DNA of 32,000 bases from Raphidiopsis brookii D9 (lineage in GTDB: Bacteria; Cyanobacteriota; Cyanobacteriia; Cyanobacteriales; Nostocaceae), in assembly GCA_000175855.1 (NCBI GenBank), contig ACYB01000005.1, positions 30,001-62,000 on the forward strand. The letters are read 5' to 3'. The notes under the pieces are model-generated. The model was not told the DNA's origin. It was given only the letters and a program-made list of their open reading frames with translations, and searched no databases. The translations under genes and the position numbers were made by a program. Every line of letters starts with the position of its first letter. The stretch's first letter is position 1. Positions 19,676-28,217 of the stretch are shown here, piece by piece.

Positions 19676-20290
19676 ATGTCTTACAGTGATTTTAAGTTAA
19701 GCCAAGTTGTTGACGACTTTGGATTGACAATTAATGAAAGGTCGGGACTGTTTGCAGAACATCCCCAGACAGAATGTAGTGATTTATTGAAGATCATTCT
19801 CAGCGAAAGTATTGATTTAGCAGTTGCAATTAATACAGAAAAAGCTCGTTCGGAAATGATCATTAGTCCAGTTTTACTGGAAGTAAGGCGAAAATTAAAT
19901 TATCAAATCAGCTTGTTTTCCGGAATTGATTTTAATGTTGATCCTCAACGAGGACTAAATGGGTTTTGTGATTTTCTCATCAGTCTTTCTCAAGAACAAC
20001 TTTTTGTTCGTGCACCTGTGCTTACCCTAGTGGAGACTAAAAATGAAAATCTCAAATCTGGCTTAGGACAGTGTATAGCGGAAATGATAGCAGCTCAAGA
20101 GTTCAATAGACAAAAACAAAATCAGCAGATAAAGATTGTTTATGGTGTGGTGACAATTGGTACTATTTGGCAGTTTTTACAACTAGAAAATCAAGTGGTT
20201 TCTATTGATTTAAGCGAATACTATATCAAGGATGTAAACAAAATTCTAGGAATATTAATCAGTACAATTAATAATATAACTAGAATATAA
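19676..20290 (+). CDS. Hypothetical protein with a PD-(D/E)xK, HsdR-N-terminal-like nuclease-fold motif
   Basis: The motif order is EKARSEMIISPVLLEV ... GFCDFLIS ... LTLVETKNENLKSGLGQCIAEM, which is the D...E-x-K...Q arrangement of HsdR_N-type PD-(D/E)xK domains. The ATG at 19676 is preceded by GAGG at 19664-19667; the ORF track starts at a TTG at 19661. Confidence 0.55.
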   Translation: MSYSDFKLSQVVDDFGLTINERSGLFAEHPQTECSDLLKIILSESIDLAVAINTEKARSEMIISPVLLEVRRKLNYQISLFSGIDFNVDPQRGLNGFCDFLISLSQEQLFVRAPVLTLVETKNENLKSGLGQCIAEMIAAQEFNRQKQNQQIKIVYGVVTIGTIWQFLQLENQVVSIDLSEYYIKDVNKILGILISTINNITRI

Positions 20291-20426
20291 CTAGTTGATA
20301 CATGTAAATATTAAATAAGGGATGTGAAAATTCTTGGCTAACATTCTTTGATCCCCCCCTCTTATCATTTGTAACCCATAGTCCTAAACTAAAGATGAGA
20401 GTTGAAAGGTAGTCTGGAGAAATTTT

Positions 20427-21716
20427 GTGAAAAGAGTTTTAGCAATCATTCTAGGTGGGGGAGCGGGTACAAGACTGTACCCCCTGACTAAGCTCAGGGC
20501 TAAACCAGCAGTACCTGTGGCTGGTAAATACCGGTTAATAGATATCCCCGTTAGTAACTGTATAAATTCAGAGATTTTTAAAATTTATGTTCTTACACAG
20601 TTTAACTCAGCGTCCCTAAATCGTCATATTGCTCGTGCTTACAATTTTAGTGGCTTCAGCGATGGTTTTGTAGAGGTACTAGCAGCACAACAAACTCCGG
20701 AAAACCCCAATTGGTTCCAGGGAACCGCTGATGCTGTACGTCAGTACATTTGGATGTTAGAGGAGTGGGATGTAGATGAATTTCTGATTCTTTCTGGTGA
20801 TCATCTATATCGGATGGATTACCGTTTATTTGTCCAGCGTCATCGGGAAACCAATGCTGATATTACCCTTTCCGTAATTCCCATAGATGGTCGTCGGGCC
20901 TCGGATTTTGGTTTAATGAAAATTGACAATGGTGGTCGGGTAATTGACTTCAGCGAGAAACCCAAAGGTGAAGCTCTGGCAAAAATGCAGGTAGACACCA
21001 CTATTTTGGGTCTAACCAGCGAAGAAGCCCGATCACAACCCTACATTGCCTCCATGGGCATTTATGTCTTTAAAAAAGACGTTCTCATCAAACTTTTAAG
21101 GGAGTCCCTAGAAAAAACCGATTTTGGCAAAGAAATTATCCCCGACGCTGCCAAAGATCACAATGTTCAAGCATATCTATTTGATGGTTATTGGGAAGAT
21201 ATAGGTACAATTGAAGCCTTCTACAATGCTAACCTGGCCCTAACCCAACAACCAGTCCCTCCCTTTAGCTTCTATGATGAGGAAGCACCCATTTATACCC
21301 GCGCTCGCTACCTACCACCTTCCAAATTATTGGACTGCGATATCAAAGAATCCATGATTGGCGAAGGCTGTATTTTGAAAAACTGCCGCATTCAGCATTC
21401 GGTATTGGGAGTGCGATCGCGTGTAGAGTCAGGTTCCATAGTTGAGGAATCTTTAATTATGGGTTCAGACTTTTACCAACCCTCCGTGGAACGAGTATGC
21501 AACCTAGATAAAGGAGACATTCCTTTAGGTATTGGTACGGATACAATCATTCGCCGAGCGATCATTGATAAGAATGCCCGAATTGGTCATAATGTCAGGA
21601 TAATCAACAAAGACAACGTCCAGGAAGCGGAGCGAGAAAAACAAGGTTTCTACATCCGTAGCGGTATAGTTGTCGTTTTAAAAAATGCTGTTATTCCCGA
21701 TGGAACTATCATCTAG
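20427..21716 (+). CDS. glgC: Glucose-1-phosphate adenylyltransferase
   Basis: [53 protein letters not shown] and the C-terminal left-handed beta-helix region are canonical GlgC features. The start is GTG. Confidence 0.95.
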   Translation: MKRVLAIILGGGAGTRLYPLTKLRAKPAVPVAGKYRLIDIPVSNCINSEIFKIYVLTQFNSASLNRHIARAYNFSGFSDGFVEVLAAQQTPENPNWFQGTADAVRQYIWMLEEWDVDEFLILSGDHLYRMDYRLFVQRHRETNADITLSVIPIDGRRASDFGLMKIDNGGRVIDFSEKPKGEALAKMQVDTTILGLTSEEARSQPYIASMGIYVFKKDVLIKLLRESLEKTDFGKEIIPDAAKDHNVQAYLFDGYWEDIGTIEAFYNANLALTQQPVPPFSFYDEEAPIYTRARYLPPSKLLDCDIKESMIGEGCILKNCRIQHSVLGVRSRVESGSIVEESLIMGSDFYQPSVERVCNLDKGDIPLGIGTDTIIRRAIIDKNARIGHNVRIINKDNVQEAEREKQGFYIRSGIVVVLKNAVIPDGTII

Positions 21717-21739
21717 TTAGGGAACTAACCTAGCAATAT

Positions 21740-21757
21740 CCCCACAAGCTTGTGGGG
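21740..21757 (+). terminator. Perfect 18-bp palindrome CCCCACAAGCTTGTGGGG, 24 nt after the glgC stop; possible terminator or stabilising hairpin
   Basis: The palindrome is read directly from the sequence and could form a 7-bp GC-rich stem around an AGCT loop. No U-tract follows, so its function as a classical intrinsic terminator is uncertain. Confidence 0.35.
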
Positions 21758-21950
21758 GTAATCTCTCCCAACTAACTAACCTCTAAAGTACCATAATTAC
21801 TCTGGAAGTGTGAGGGAAAACAAAAATAAATTTTTGCCATGCTTTGCTAATTTAGGATCACTATCTTATCCTAAAAAAGACATGACCTATATTTCTCCTA
21901 TATTGTATTATAGTAATGTATTGTAGTAAGTAGTAACAGGAGGCTTGTGG

Positions 21951-22907
21951 ATGGCTGGAACCGATTTTAAAGACTATTATTCAATTTTAGGAATCAGTAA
22001 AACTGCCAGTCCAGAAGAAATTAAACAAGCTTTTCGCAAACTAGCTCGTAAATACCACCCTGACGTTAATCCTGGAAATAAACAAGCTGAAGCAAGATTC
22101 AAAGAGATTAATGAAGCCTATGAGGTTCTGTCGGATCCAGATAAACGGAAAAAATACGACCAATACGGTCAATATTGGAAACAAGTAGGAGAAGGTGGTT
22201 TCCTGGTGGTGCGGGGAGTAGATATGAGTGGTTTTGACTTTGGTCAATACGGCAGTTTTAATGATTTCCTCAATGATTTATTTGGTGGGGTAGGACCCCG
22301 CAGCTCAACCTCTTCTCGCTCCGCTGGTCGACCCGGTGGTTTTGGAGACTTTGGTTTTCCGGATATGGGTGCCCAAGATAGTGAATTTGTCATTACCCTA
22401 AGCTTCGCCGAAGCATTTGGAGGAGTACAAAAACGATTCAGTTTAGGAAATGAAACCATTGAAGTGCGTATTCCTGCAGGAGCAAAAACTGGCACTCGTT
22501 TACGGGTGAGGGGTAAAGGTGCAGTTAACCCTAAGACCGGACAAAGGGGAGATTTATATTTAAAAACAGAACTATCACCCCATTCATTTTTTCAACTTGA
22601 AGGTGACCAACTAATTTGCGAAGTGCCAATCGCACCAGAGGAAGCAGTTTTAGGTGCGACCATTCAGGTTCCCACACCTGATGGTCATGCTAGCGTAAAA
22701 TTACCCGCAGGAGTGCGTTCTGGTCAGTCTCTGCGCTTACGTGGCAAGGGATGGCCCCTACCCAAGGGCGGTCGTAGTGACCAGTTGGTAAAAGTTGCCA
22801 TTGTACCCCCTAAAGACCTCACTCCCCAAGAGCGGGAATATTACGAGAAACTGCGTGCTATCCGTAGTTATGATCCTCGCGCTCATTTACAGCAAATTAA
22901 ATTCTGA
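21951..22907 (+). CDS. DnaJ-class II (CbpA-like) J-domain co-chaperone without a zinc finger
   Basis: The J domain reads [36 protein letters not shown]...[15 protein letters not shown]. It is followed by a G/F-rich linker and DnaJ C-terminal domains (GDLYLKTEL...). No CxxCxGxG repeats are present. The ATG at 21951 is preceded by AGGAGG at 21937-21942. Confidence 0.85.
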   Translation: MAGTDFKDYYSILGISKTASPEEIKQAFRKLARKYHPDVNPGNKQAEARFKEINEAYEVLSDPDKRKKYDQYGQYWKQVGEGGFLVVRGVDMSGFDFGQYGSFNDFLNDLFGGVGPRSSTSSRSAGRPGGFGDFGFPDMGAQDSEFVITLSFAEAFGGVQKRFSLGNETIEVRIPAGAKTGTRLRVRGKGAVNPKTGQRGDLYLKTELSPHSFFQLEGDQLICEVPIAPEEAVLGATIQVPTPDGHASVKLPAGVRSGQSLRLRGKGWPLPKGGRSDQLVKVAIVPPKDLTPQEREYYEKLRAIRSYDPRAHLQQIKF

Positions 22908-22989
22908 TTCTGGATCACCCCAGGGAACAGAAGTAACCCCGTATTTTTTCGGGCAACGTAGAAAATTTAGTATTTTCTACTTTTTACAC

Positions 22990-23019
22990 TTGACGGAGTA
23001 AATTCACCCACAGTATGAT
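22990..23019 (+). promoter_or_regulatory. Candidate sigma70-type promoter upstream of the COP23 cluster (TTGACG, 18 nt, TATGAT)
   Basis: The -35-like TTGACG is at 22990-22995 and the -10-like TATGAT at 23014-23019. This is pattern only, and it would imply a leader of about 210 nt. Confidence 0.2.
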
Positions 23020-23237
23020 ATAGGTGTTGATTAAAAAACTTCTTGTTTGTAGGGAATGACTGCTTGTCATCTCATTGAGTGGGTTAAGTAAACATAAAGG
23101 ATATCTTTGTGGTAACCGGTAGTCCAGGAATAAACAATGCGCCATTAATGCATTAAGAATAGTCGGTAGTGCGCAACTTTCAGTTTAAACCCTAGCGAGT
23201 TTCTGTTAGGAAAGAATAAAATTAGGAGATATATATT

Positions 23238-23912
23238 ATGAACAGCAAATTCTCAGCCACAGGTTTAGTAGCAACCCTAGCCCTATCAAGCATTTTGGGT
23301 TTAGGACATCGTCAATTAAAAGCCCAATCATCAGATGACGCATTCTTTGATCCGAGCGATCCCAGTCAATACAACGGAACTAAATTTACCTGTGTAGCCC
23401 AAGGTAGCGACTGGTCCACAGTTGGACAGCGCCCTGGTGGTAGACCAATTCCCATAATTGTGTGGACAAAAAAAGGAGCCCAGTCCTTTGGCGAAAATTA
23501 TAATCCCAAGAGCCGTTGTGAAATCGTCACAGCCAACCTCAACCAAGCGGTAGAAGACAGTGCTGGTAAGCTTTACGACGTAGTCCTAACCTGGGGTAAA
23601 CTTGGCGATGGCAAGACTGTTATTTGCGCACTTTCTTTAAAGGATAAAGGAGGTTGTGATGGTAACAATACCCTGTTTGCTCTGAAGCCAGAAAATGCCA
23701 AGGACCCTAATAAGGTTTTAGAAACCCTGACTCAAATTAGCATTAAAGGTTCCAGTGCAGGGACTGTTCGTGAAACAACAAGTCGTTTGAGTGTAAACCT
23801 GGGCAAAGTTGTCTCACAAGCAGCCAAGCGATTGCCTCAAGAAACACCCAAAACTCGCACAATTCCCGGAAATAGACCCGTTAAAGATACACCCGTTAAA
23901 GGTACTCTGTGA
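23238..23912 (+). CDS. Exported COP23-like domain protein, paralogue 1
   Basis: A signal peptide (ATGLVATLALSSILGLG...AQS) is followed by the core FTCVAQG..W.TVGQRPGG.PIP..VWT...FG.NY.P..RC..VT..LN.AV...G.L......G......VIC.......GC...NTLFALKPEN...P..VL. This resembles my recollection of the COP23 family (PF14218). There are four conserved Cys. The SD AGGAG lies at 23224-23228. Confidence 0.65.
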   Translation: MNSKFSATGLVATLALSSILGLGHRQLKAQSSDDAFFDPSDPSQYNGTKFTCVAQGSDWSTVGQRPGGRPIPIIVWTKKGAQSFGENYNPKSRCEIVTANLNQAVEDSAGKLYDVVLTWGKLGDGKTVICALSLKDKGGCDGNNTLFALKPENAKDPNKVLETLTQISIKGSSAGTVRETTSRLSVNLGKVVSQAAKRLPQETPKTRTIPGNRPVKDTPVKGTL

Positions 23913-24031
23913 CGAGTTGGTAACAAAACTTTGTATTAGAAGTTATCAGCATCGGGAACTTTCGCAATTCCATACTAGTCAATTTTTTCTAGGATGCACA
24001 CAACAAAATTAGGGAGTCATTTAGGAACATT

Positions 24032-25261
24032 ATGAACATTATATCAAAATCACATCTAAAATCTTCCGTAGTTATGGTAACCCTGTCCATCTGCGGTTCC
24101 TTGTCAGTTACACTTCCCATAGGTGCTCAGGTGCCTCCAGTGGCACCAGTCATCTATGTAGATCCCGCTAATGGGTTGAATGTTGTTGGCAATGGTAAGT
24201 CCCCAACAAATCCATATAAAAGCATTACTTTTGCCCTGGATCAGGCCCAATCGGGAACCATAATTCAGTTAGCTCCTGGTAGCTACACTAACGAGTCCTT
24301 TCCCATCCGAGTCAAACAGGGTGTTACCTTGCGGGGTGATGAATCAACCCAGGGCAAGACGGTGGTGATTTCCGGTGGTGGGGATTACAACAGTCGTAGG
24401 TTTGCCAAACAAAACGTGACAATTCTTGCGGGAGAGAATAGTACAATTACTGGTGTAACCGTGACGAATCGGAATGACAGAGGCACGGGTATATGGGTAG
24501 AATCAACTAACCCAGTGATTAAGAATAGCACATTTACCCAAAATTCCCGGGAGGGAGTATTCTTGATTGCTAGTCCCAATCCTACCGTGGAAAATAACCA
24601 GTTTATAGCAAACAATGGCAACGGTATTTCTGTAACCAAATCCAGCGGGGGGAAAATTAACGAGAATGTATTTGAAGGTAGTGGCTTTGGGTTGAGCATC
24701 AATGATGACTCCGCACCAGTATTGACTAAAAACCAAATCCTAAACAACAAAGATGGACTACTTATTACTGAGACAGCTAAACCATCGTTACGGGGCAATG
24801 TAATTAAGAATAACCAACGGGATGGCATAGTCATCACTCTTAATTCTTCCCCGGACCTAGGCACCCGGAGCAATCCAGGTGGCAATGTCATCGTCAACAA
24901 TGGTCGCTACAACATTTATAATGCTACCACAACTGGTGTTGCCATTTCCGCACTGGGTAATACCATAGACGACTCAGGGATTTTAGGTGAAGTAGAAATA
25001 GATGGAATCCAAATTACAGGTAGCAAAAAACCAGTGTCATCCGACGACCCAAATTTAGCCCTGTTAAAAAGATGGCAATTAACAGCTGTTTCCTGCAACT
25101 CTGGTCCAGCAATTGACATCTTTATAGGTGATAGACAGTATTGTGTCAGTCCCCACCCAGACCTAACCGCTAAGGCTTATGAGTACAATCCTACCACTGG
25201 TACCCTCAGAGCTTTAAGAACTGGCCCACGTGGCAACTCAATCATACGACCTGGCTTGTAG
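24032..25261 (+). CDS. Exported right-handed parallel beta-helix protein (DUF1565-like)
   Basis: A signal peptide is followed by IYVDPANG...NPYKSITFALDQAQSGTIIQLAPGSYTNESFPIRVKQGVTLRGDE. Repeated N-x-F/I-x-x-N beta-helix turns follow (NSTFTQNSREGVFL, NNQFIANNGNGISV, KNQILNNKDGLLI, GNVIKNNQRDGIVI). Confidence 0.8.
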   Translation: MNIISKSHLKSSVVMVTLSICGSLSVTLPIGAQVPPVAPVIYVDPANGLNVVGNGKSPTNPYKSITFALDQAQSGTIIQLAPGSYTNESFPIRVKQGVTLRGDESTQGKTVVISGGGDYNSRRFAKQNVTILAGENSTITGVTVTNRNDRGTGIWVESTNPVIKNSTFTQNSREGVFLIASPNPTVENNQFIANNGNGISVTKSSGGKINENVFEGSGFGLSINDDSAPVLTKNQILNNKDGLLITETAKPSLRGNVIKNNQRDGIVITLNSSPDLGTRSNPGGNVIVNNGRYNIYNATTTGVAISALGNTIDDSGILGEVEIDGIQITGSKKPVSSDDPNLALLKRWQLTAVSCNSGPAIDIFIGDRQYCVSPHPDLTAKAYEYNPTTGTLRALRTGPRGNSIIRPGL

Positions 25262-25309
25262 ATTTTGCTCCAGCAAGACCTGAAACTAAAAGCAAATTAA
25301 GGAGATATT

Positions 25310-25957
25310 ATGAACAGCAAATTCTCAGCTACATTTTTAGTAGCTACCCTAACCCTATCAAGCATTTTGGGTTTAGGAAATGGTCAATTAAGAGCCCAAT
25401 CATCAGATGATGAATTTTTTGATCCGAGCGATCGCAGTCAATACAATGGGACTAGATTTGCCTGTGTAGCCCAAGGTAGTAACTGGGCCACAGTTGGACA
25501 GCGCCCTGGTGGTAGACCCATTCCCATAGTTGTGTGGACAAAAAAAGGAGCCCAGTCCTTTGGCGAAAATTATAATCCCAAGAGCCGTTGTGAAATCGTT
25601 ACAGCCAATCTTAACCAAGCAGTGGAAGACAGCGCTGGTGATCTTTATGACGTAGTCCTAACTTGGGGTAAACTTGATAATGGCAAAACTGTGATTTGCG
25701 CACTTTCTTTAAAAGACGAAGGAGGTTGTGATGGTAGCAATACTCTGTTTGCTCTGAAACCCGAAAATGCCAAGGATCCTAATAAGGTTTTACAAACCCT
25801 GACTCAAATTAGTCTTAAAGGTTCTAGTGCAGGGGTTGTTACTGAAACAAAACCTCGTTTGAGTGTAAACCTAGGTAGGGTTGTATCCCAAGCGTCCAAA
25901 CGCTTGCCCCAAGAAACACCCAAGACCCGCAAAACTCCCAAATCAACTATAAGGTAG
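25310..25957 (+). CDS. Exported COP23-like domain protein, paralogue 2
   Basis: This gene is near-identical to paralogue 1 at the nucleotide level, including the SD region (AAGGAG at 25299-25304). It has the same four Cys and a shorter basic tail. Confidence 0.65.
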   Translation: MNSKFSATFLVATLTLSSILGLGNGQLRAQSSDDEFFDPSDRSQYNGTRFACVAQGSNWATVGQRPGGRPIPIVVWTKKGAQSFGENYNPKSRCEIVTANLNQAVEDSAGDLYDVVLTWGKLDNGKTVICALSLKDEGGCDGSNTLFALKPENAKDPNKVLQTLTQISLKGSSAGVVTETKPRLSVNLGRVVSQASKRLPQETPKTRKTPKSTIR

Positions 25958-25966
25958 ATAGAGATT

Positions 25967-26647
25967 ATGAGTAGGAAATTCTCAACCACATTTTTAGTAG
26001 CTACCCTAACCCTATCAAGCATTTTGGGTTTAGGACATGGCCAATTAAAAGCCCAATCATCAGATAACGCATTTTTTGATCCGAATGATCCGAGTCAGTA
26101 TAACGGGACTAGATTTGCCTGTGTAGCCCAAGGTAGTAACTGGGCCACAGTTGGACAGCGCCCTGGTGGTAGACCAATTCCCATAGTTGTGTGGACAAAA
26201 AAAGGAGCCCAGTCCTTTGGCGAAAATTATAATCCCAAGAGCCGTTGTGAAGTTGTCACAGCCAACCTCAACCAAGCCGTGGAAGATAGCGCTGGCAATC
26301 TTTACGACGTAGTTTTGACCTGGGGCAATGTTGGTGACAAAACTGTTATTTGCGCACTTTCTTTGAAGGATGAAGGAGGTTGTGATGGTAACAATACCCT
26401 GTTTGCTCTCAAACCCGAAAATGCCAGGAACCCTAACAGGGTTTTAGAAACCTTGACCCAAATTAGCATTAGAGGTTCTAGTGCAGGGGTTATTACTGAA
26501 ACAAGGGGACGTCGTCCTAATCGTGCTAGCGTAAACCTAGGTGAAGTTATCTCACAAGCAGCCAAGCGCTTGCCCAAACAAACGCTCAGAACCCGCCCAA
26601 ATCCTGGAGTTAAACCTACTGTTAGGCCTACTAGAGGTGGTCTATGA
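25967..26647 (+). CDS. Exported COP23-like domain protein, paralogue 3
   Basis: It starts 9 nt after the paralogue 2 stop and has the same core and Cys pattern. Its Arg/Pro-rich tail ends in RGGL. Confidence 0.65.
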   Translation: MSRKFSTTFLVATLTLSSILGLGHGQLKAQSSDNAFFDPNDPSQYNGTRFACVAQGSNWATVGQRPGGRPIPIVVWTKKGAQSFGENYNPKSRCEVVTANLNQAVEDSAGNLYDVVLTWGNVGDKTVICALSLKDEGGCDGNNTLFALKPENARNPNRVLETLTQISIRGSSAGVITETRGRRPNRASVNLGEVISQAAKRLPKQTLRTRPNPGVKPTVRPTRGGL

Positions 26648-26685
26648 CGAATGGCGGTTCTTGCATAATTGCTAACAAAATTGAA

Positions 26686-26714
26686 AGCGTGGGATAACCA
26701 AAATTTTCCACGCT
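26686..26714 (+). terminator. Hairpin AGCGTGG-15 nt-CCACGCT between COP23 copies 3 and 4
   Basis: A 7-bp inverted repeat is read directly from the sequence. There is no clear U-tract, so it could be an attenuator or RNA-processing structure rather than a terminator. Confidence 0.3.
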
Positions 26715-26738
26715 CCACCGAGAAAAGAAAGAGGCATT

Positions 26739-27514
26739 ATGAAATTTTCAGCAGCAGTTTTGACTACTTTCCTGACTGTATCAGCTATAGGTTGGCATGC
26801 TGGTATGGTGAGAGCTGTACCAGTGGAAAGTGGAGATAACCCCCCACTATCCCTGCACCCGACAACCCATCAAACTCACAACAGACTGATGGTGATGAAG
26901 GCTACAGTGGAGACAACCCACCCACTACTCCTGCATCCAACAACCCATCAAACTCACAACAGACTGGTGATGATGAAGCCTACAGCGGGACAAAATTTAC
27001 TTGTGTGTCCCAAGGTAATGGCAAGTGGGCTACCGTTGGACAGCGCCCTGGTGGACAGCCAATTCCTGTAATCATTTGGACCCAATCAGCTTCCAAATAT
27101 TTTGGTAGCCAATTTGCCCCCGAAAACCGGTGCCAAATCGTCACCAGCAAGTTCAATACAGCAGTGCGAGAGAGTGGTGGTAGCCTTCAGGATGTGTTGT
27201 TAACTAGTGGCAATGTTAATGGTCAGGTTGTTATTTGTGTAATTTCCGACCGAGATAATGGGTGTCAGGAGAAAAATACCCTATTTACCCTGAAACCAGA
27301 AAATGCCAAGAACCCTGATAAGGTTTTATCTCAACTCTTGGAGATTAGCACTAAGGGGTCAGACGGAGGTGTAATTACTGAAACAAGAAGTAATCGGCGG
27401 CGGGTTACAGTCAAACTCAGTGATGTGCTGTCAATAGCAGCTCGACGCTCATCTTCTTCACCCGTTAAAAGGCCAAAGGTTCAAAATAACCGACGGAATC
27501 AACGTGGTTTGTAA
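26739..27514 (+). pseudogene. COP23-like paralogue 4, split by a 1-nt deletion in a C6 run (26840-26845)
   Basis: The signal peptide frame (26739...) and the COP23 core frame (open from 26840, ...YSGTKFTCVSQGNGKWATVGQRPGG...) differ by one nucleotide. They join at AAC CCC CC|ACT. Restoring one C gives a continuous protein of about 258 aa. Confidence 0.6.
26829..26983 (+). repeat. Imperfect tandem duplication of a 78-nt (26-aa) linker unit inside COP23 paralogue 4; copy 1 is only 77 nt
   Basis: Copy 1 spans 26829-26905 and encodes SGDNPP(T)IPAPDNPSNSQQTDGDEGY. Copy 2 spans 26906-26983 and encodes SGDNPPTTPASNNPSNSQQTGDDEAY. Both were read directly from the sequence. Confidence 0.8.
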
Positions 27515-27541
27515 AGTAATTGTGGGAAAAAGGAATGGTAC

Positions 27542-28162
27542 ATGATGAAACTATCCACGACAGTTCTAGTTACTAGTTTAGCCCTAACAGGAACTTTGAT
27601 TCAGTTTGGGGTACAAGCTAAGCCCCCTACTGAAACCTACAATGGCACCAAGTTTACATGTGTTTCCCAAGGCAATGGCAACTGGGCTACTGTTGGTCAG
27701 CGTCCCGGTGGTGGTCCAATTACCGTAATTACCTGGACAAAAGAGGGTTCTAAATATTTTGGGGACAACTATACTGCTCAAAATCGTTGTCGAATGGTAA
27801 CTCCTAAATTTAATCGAGCTGTGAAACAAAATGGTGGACGTCTGAAAAATGTAGCTCTAATTAAAGGTATTGTTAACAATGAGACAGTTATCTGTGTAGC
27901 TTCTACAAGAAGTAGAACAGGTTGTAATGCTGAAAATTTCTTGTTTACTCTTAAGCCAGAAAATTCTCAAAAAGCCAATGAGATTCTGGCACAACTTACG
28001 GGAATTGGTAAATTGGGTTCCAGCGCAGGAGTTATCTGGGAAACAACCGGTCGTCTGCGAATTGAATTGAGTGAGGTTCTCGACCATAATCTTGACCCAC
28101 AACCCCAGCATTCTGACAAAATAACACCACCAGCAGACTCTAATCGGGGGTTCAAACTATAA
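27542..28162 (+). CDS. Exported COP23-like domain protein, paralogue 5 (diverged)
   Basis: A signal peptide is followed by YNGTKFTCVSQGNGNWATVGQRPGGGPITVITWT...NRCRMVT...ETVICVAS...GCNAENFLFTLKPEN. It has the same four-Cys core. Confidence 0.6.
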   Translation: MMKLSTTVLVTSLALTGTLIQFGVQAKPPTETYNGTKFTCVSQGNGNWATVGQRPGGGPITVITWTKEGSKYFGDNYTAQNRCRMVTPKFNRAVKQNGGRLKNVALIKGIVNNETVICVASTRSRTGCNAENFLFTLKPENSQKANEILAQLTGIGKLGSSAGVIWETTGRLRIELSEVLDHNLDPQPQHSDKITPPADSNRGFKL

Positions 28163-28217
28163 ATTCTACCCGGATGAGAAGGAATTAATCAACCGCTCCT
28201 TTTTTGAGTGAATCACC

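Noticed and set aside
1549-22495. Many 60-170-aa ORFs in the six-frame track that are nested in or antisense to larger genes. Examples: 1549-1785, 2344-2574, 2727-2918, 4387-4704, 5098-5460, 6513-6847, 6975-7280, 7608-7841, 8031-8288, 8867-9088, 9423-9617, 11025-11222, 11670-11855, 13744-13962, 14064-14255, 16530-16730, 17709-17933, 19681-19863, 22041-22495
   Set aside because: Each lies entirely within a longer ORF that has clear family motifs. Their compositions are low-complexity or Ser/Leu/Cys-rich, as expected for wrong-frame translation.
24385-25119. Antisense ORFs inside the beta-helix gene (24385-24900, 24503-24736, 24916-25119), plus 22795-23001, 23809-24012, 25804-26022, 27584-28155, 28582-28785 and 28987-29259
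   Set aside because: They are overlapping or shadow ORFs with no motifs. The sense-strand genes explain the open frames.
23331-26275. Three conserved 71-aa antisense ORFs (23331-23546, 25403-25618, 26060-26275) that look like a conserved small-protein family
   Set aside because: They lie exactly opposite the most conserved part of the three near-identical COP23 copies, so their conservation is a by-product of the sense-strand duplication. They have no independent SD and no plausible protein features.
26302-26718. 138-aa minus-strand ORF spanning the 3' half of COP23 copy 3 and the following spacer
   Set aside because: It is a shadow ORF opposite a well-supported sense gene. Its Arg/Leu/Pro-rich composition is typical of antisense translation.
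23238-28162. Regularly spaced repeated units that could superficially suggest a CRISPR-like or satellite array
   Set aside because: The repeat units are 650-780 bp, protein-coding, with signal peptides and SD sites. They are tandem gene paralogues. There are no short repeats of the kind that alternate with spacers in a CRISPR array.
28179-28205. Weak stem AAGGA-13 nt-TCCTT followed by a T6 run after COP23 copy 5, as a possible intrinsic terminator
   Set aside because: The stem is only 5 bp with a large loop, which gives too little predicted stability to call a terminator. It is noted only as a possible boundary between the COP23 and peptidase transcription units.
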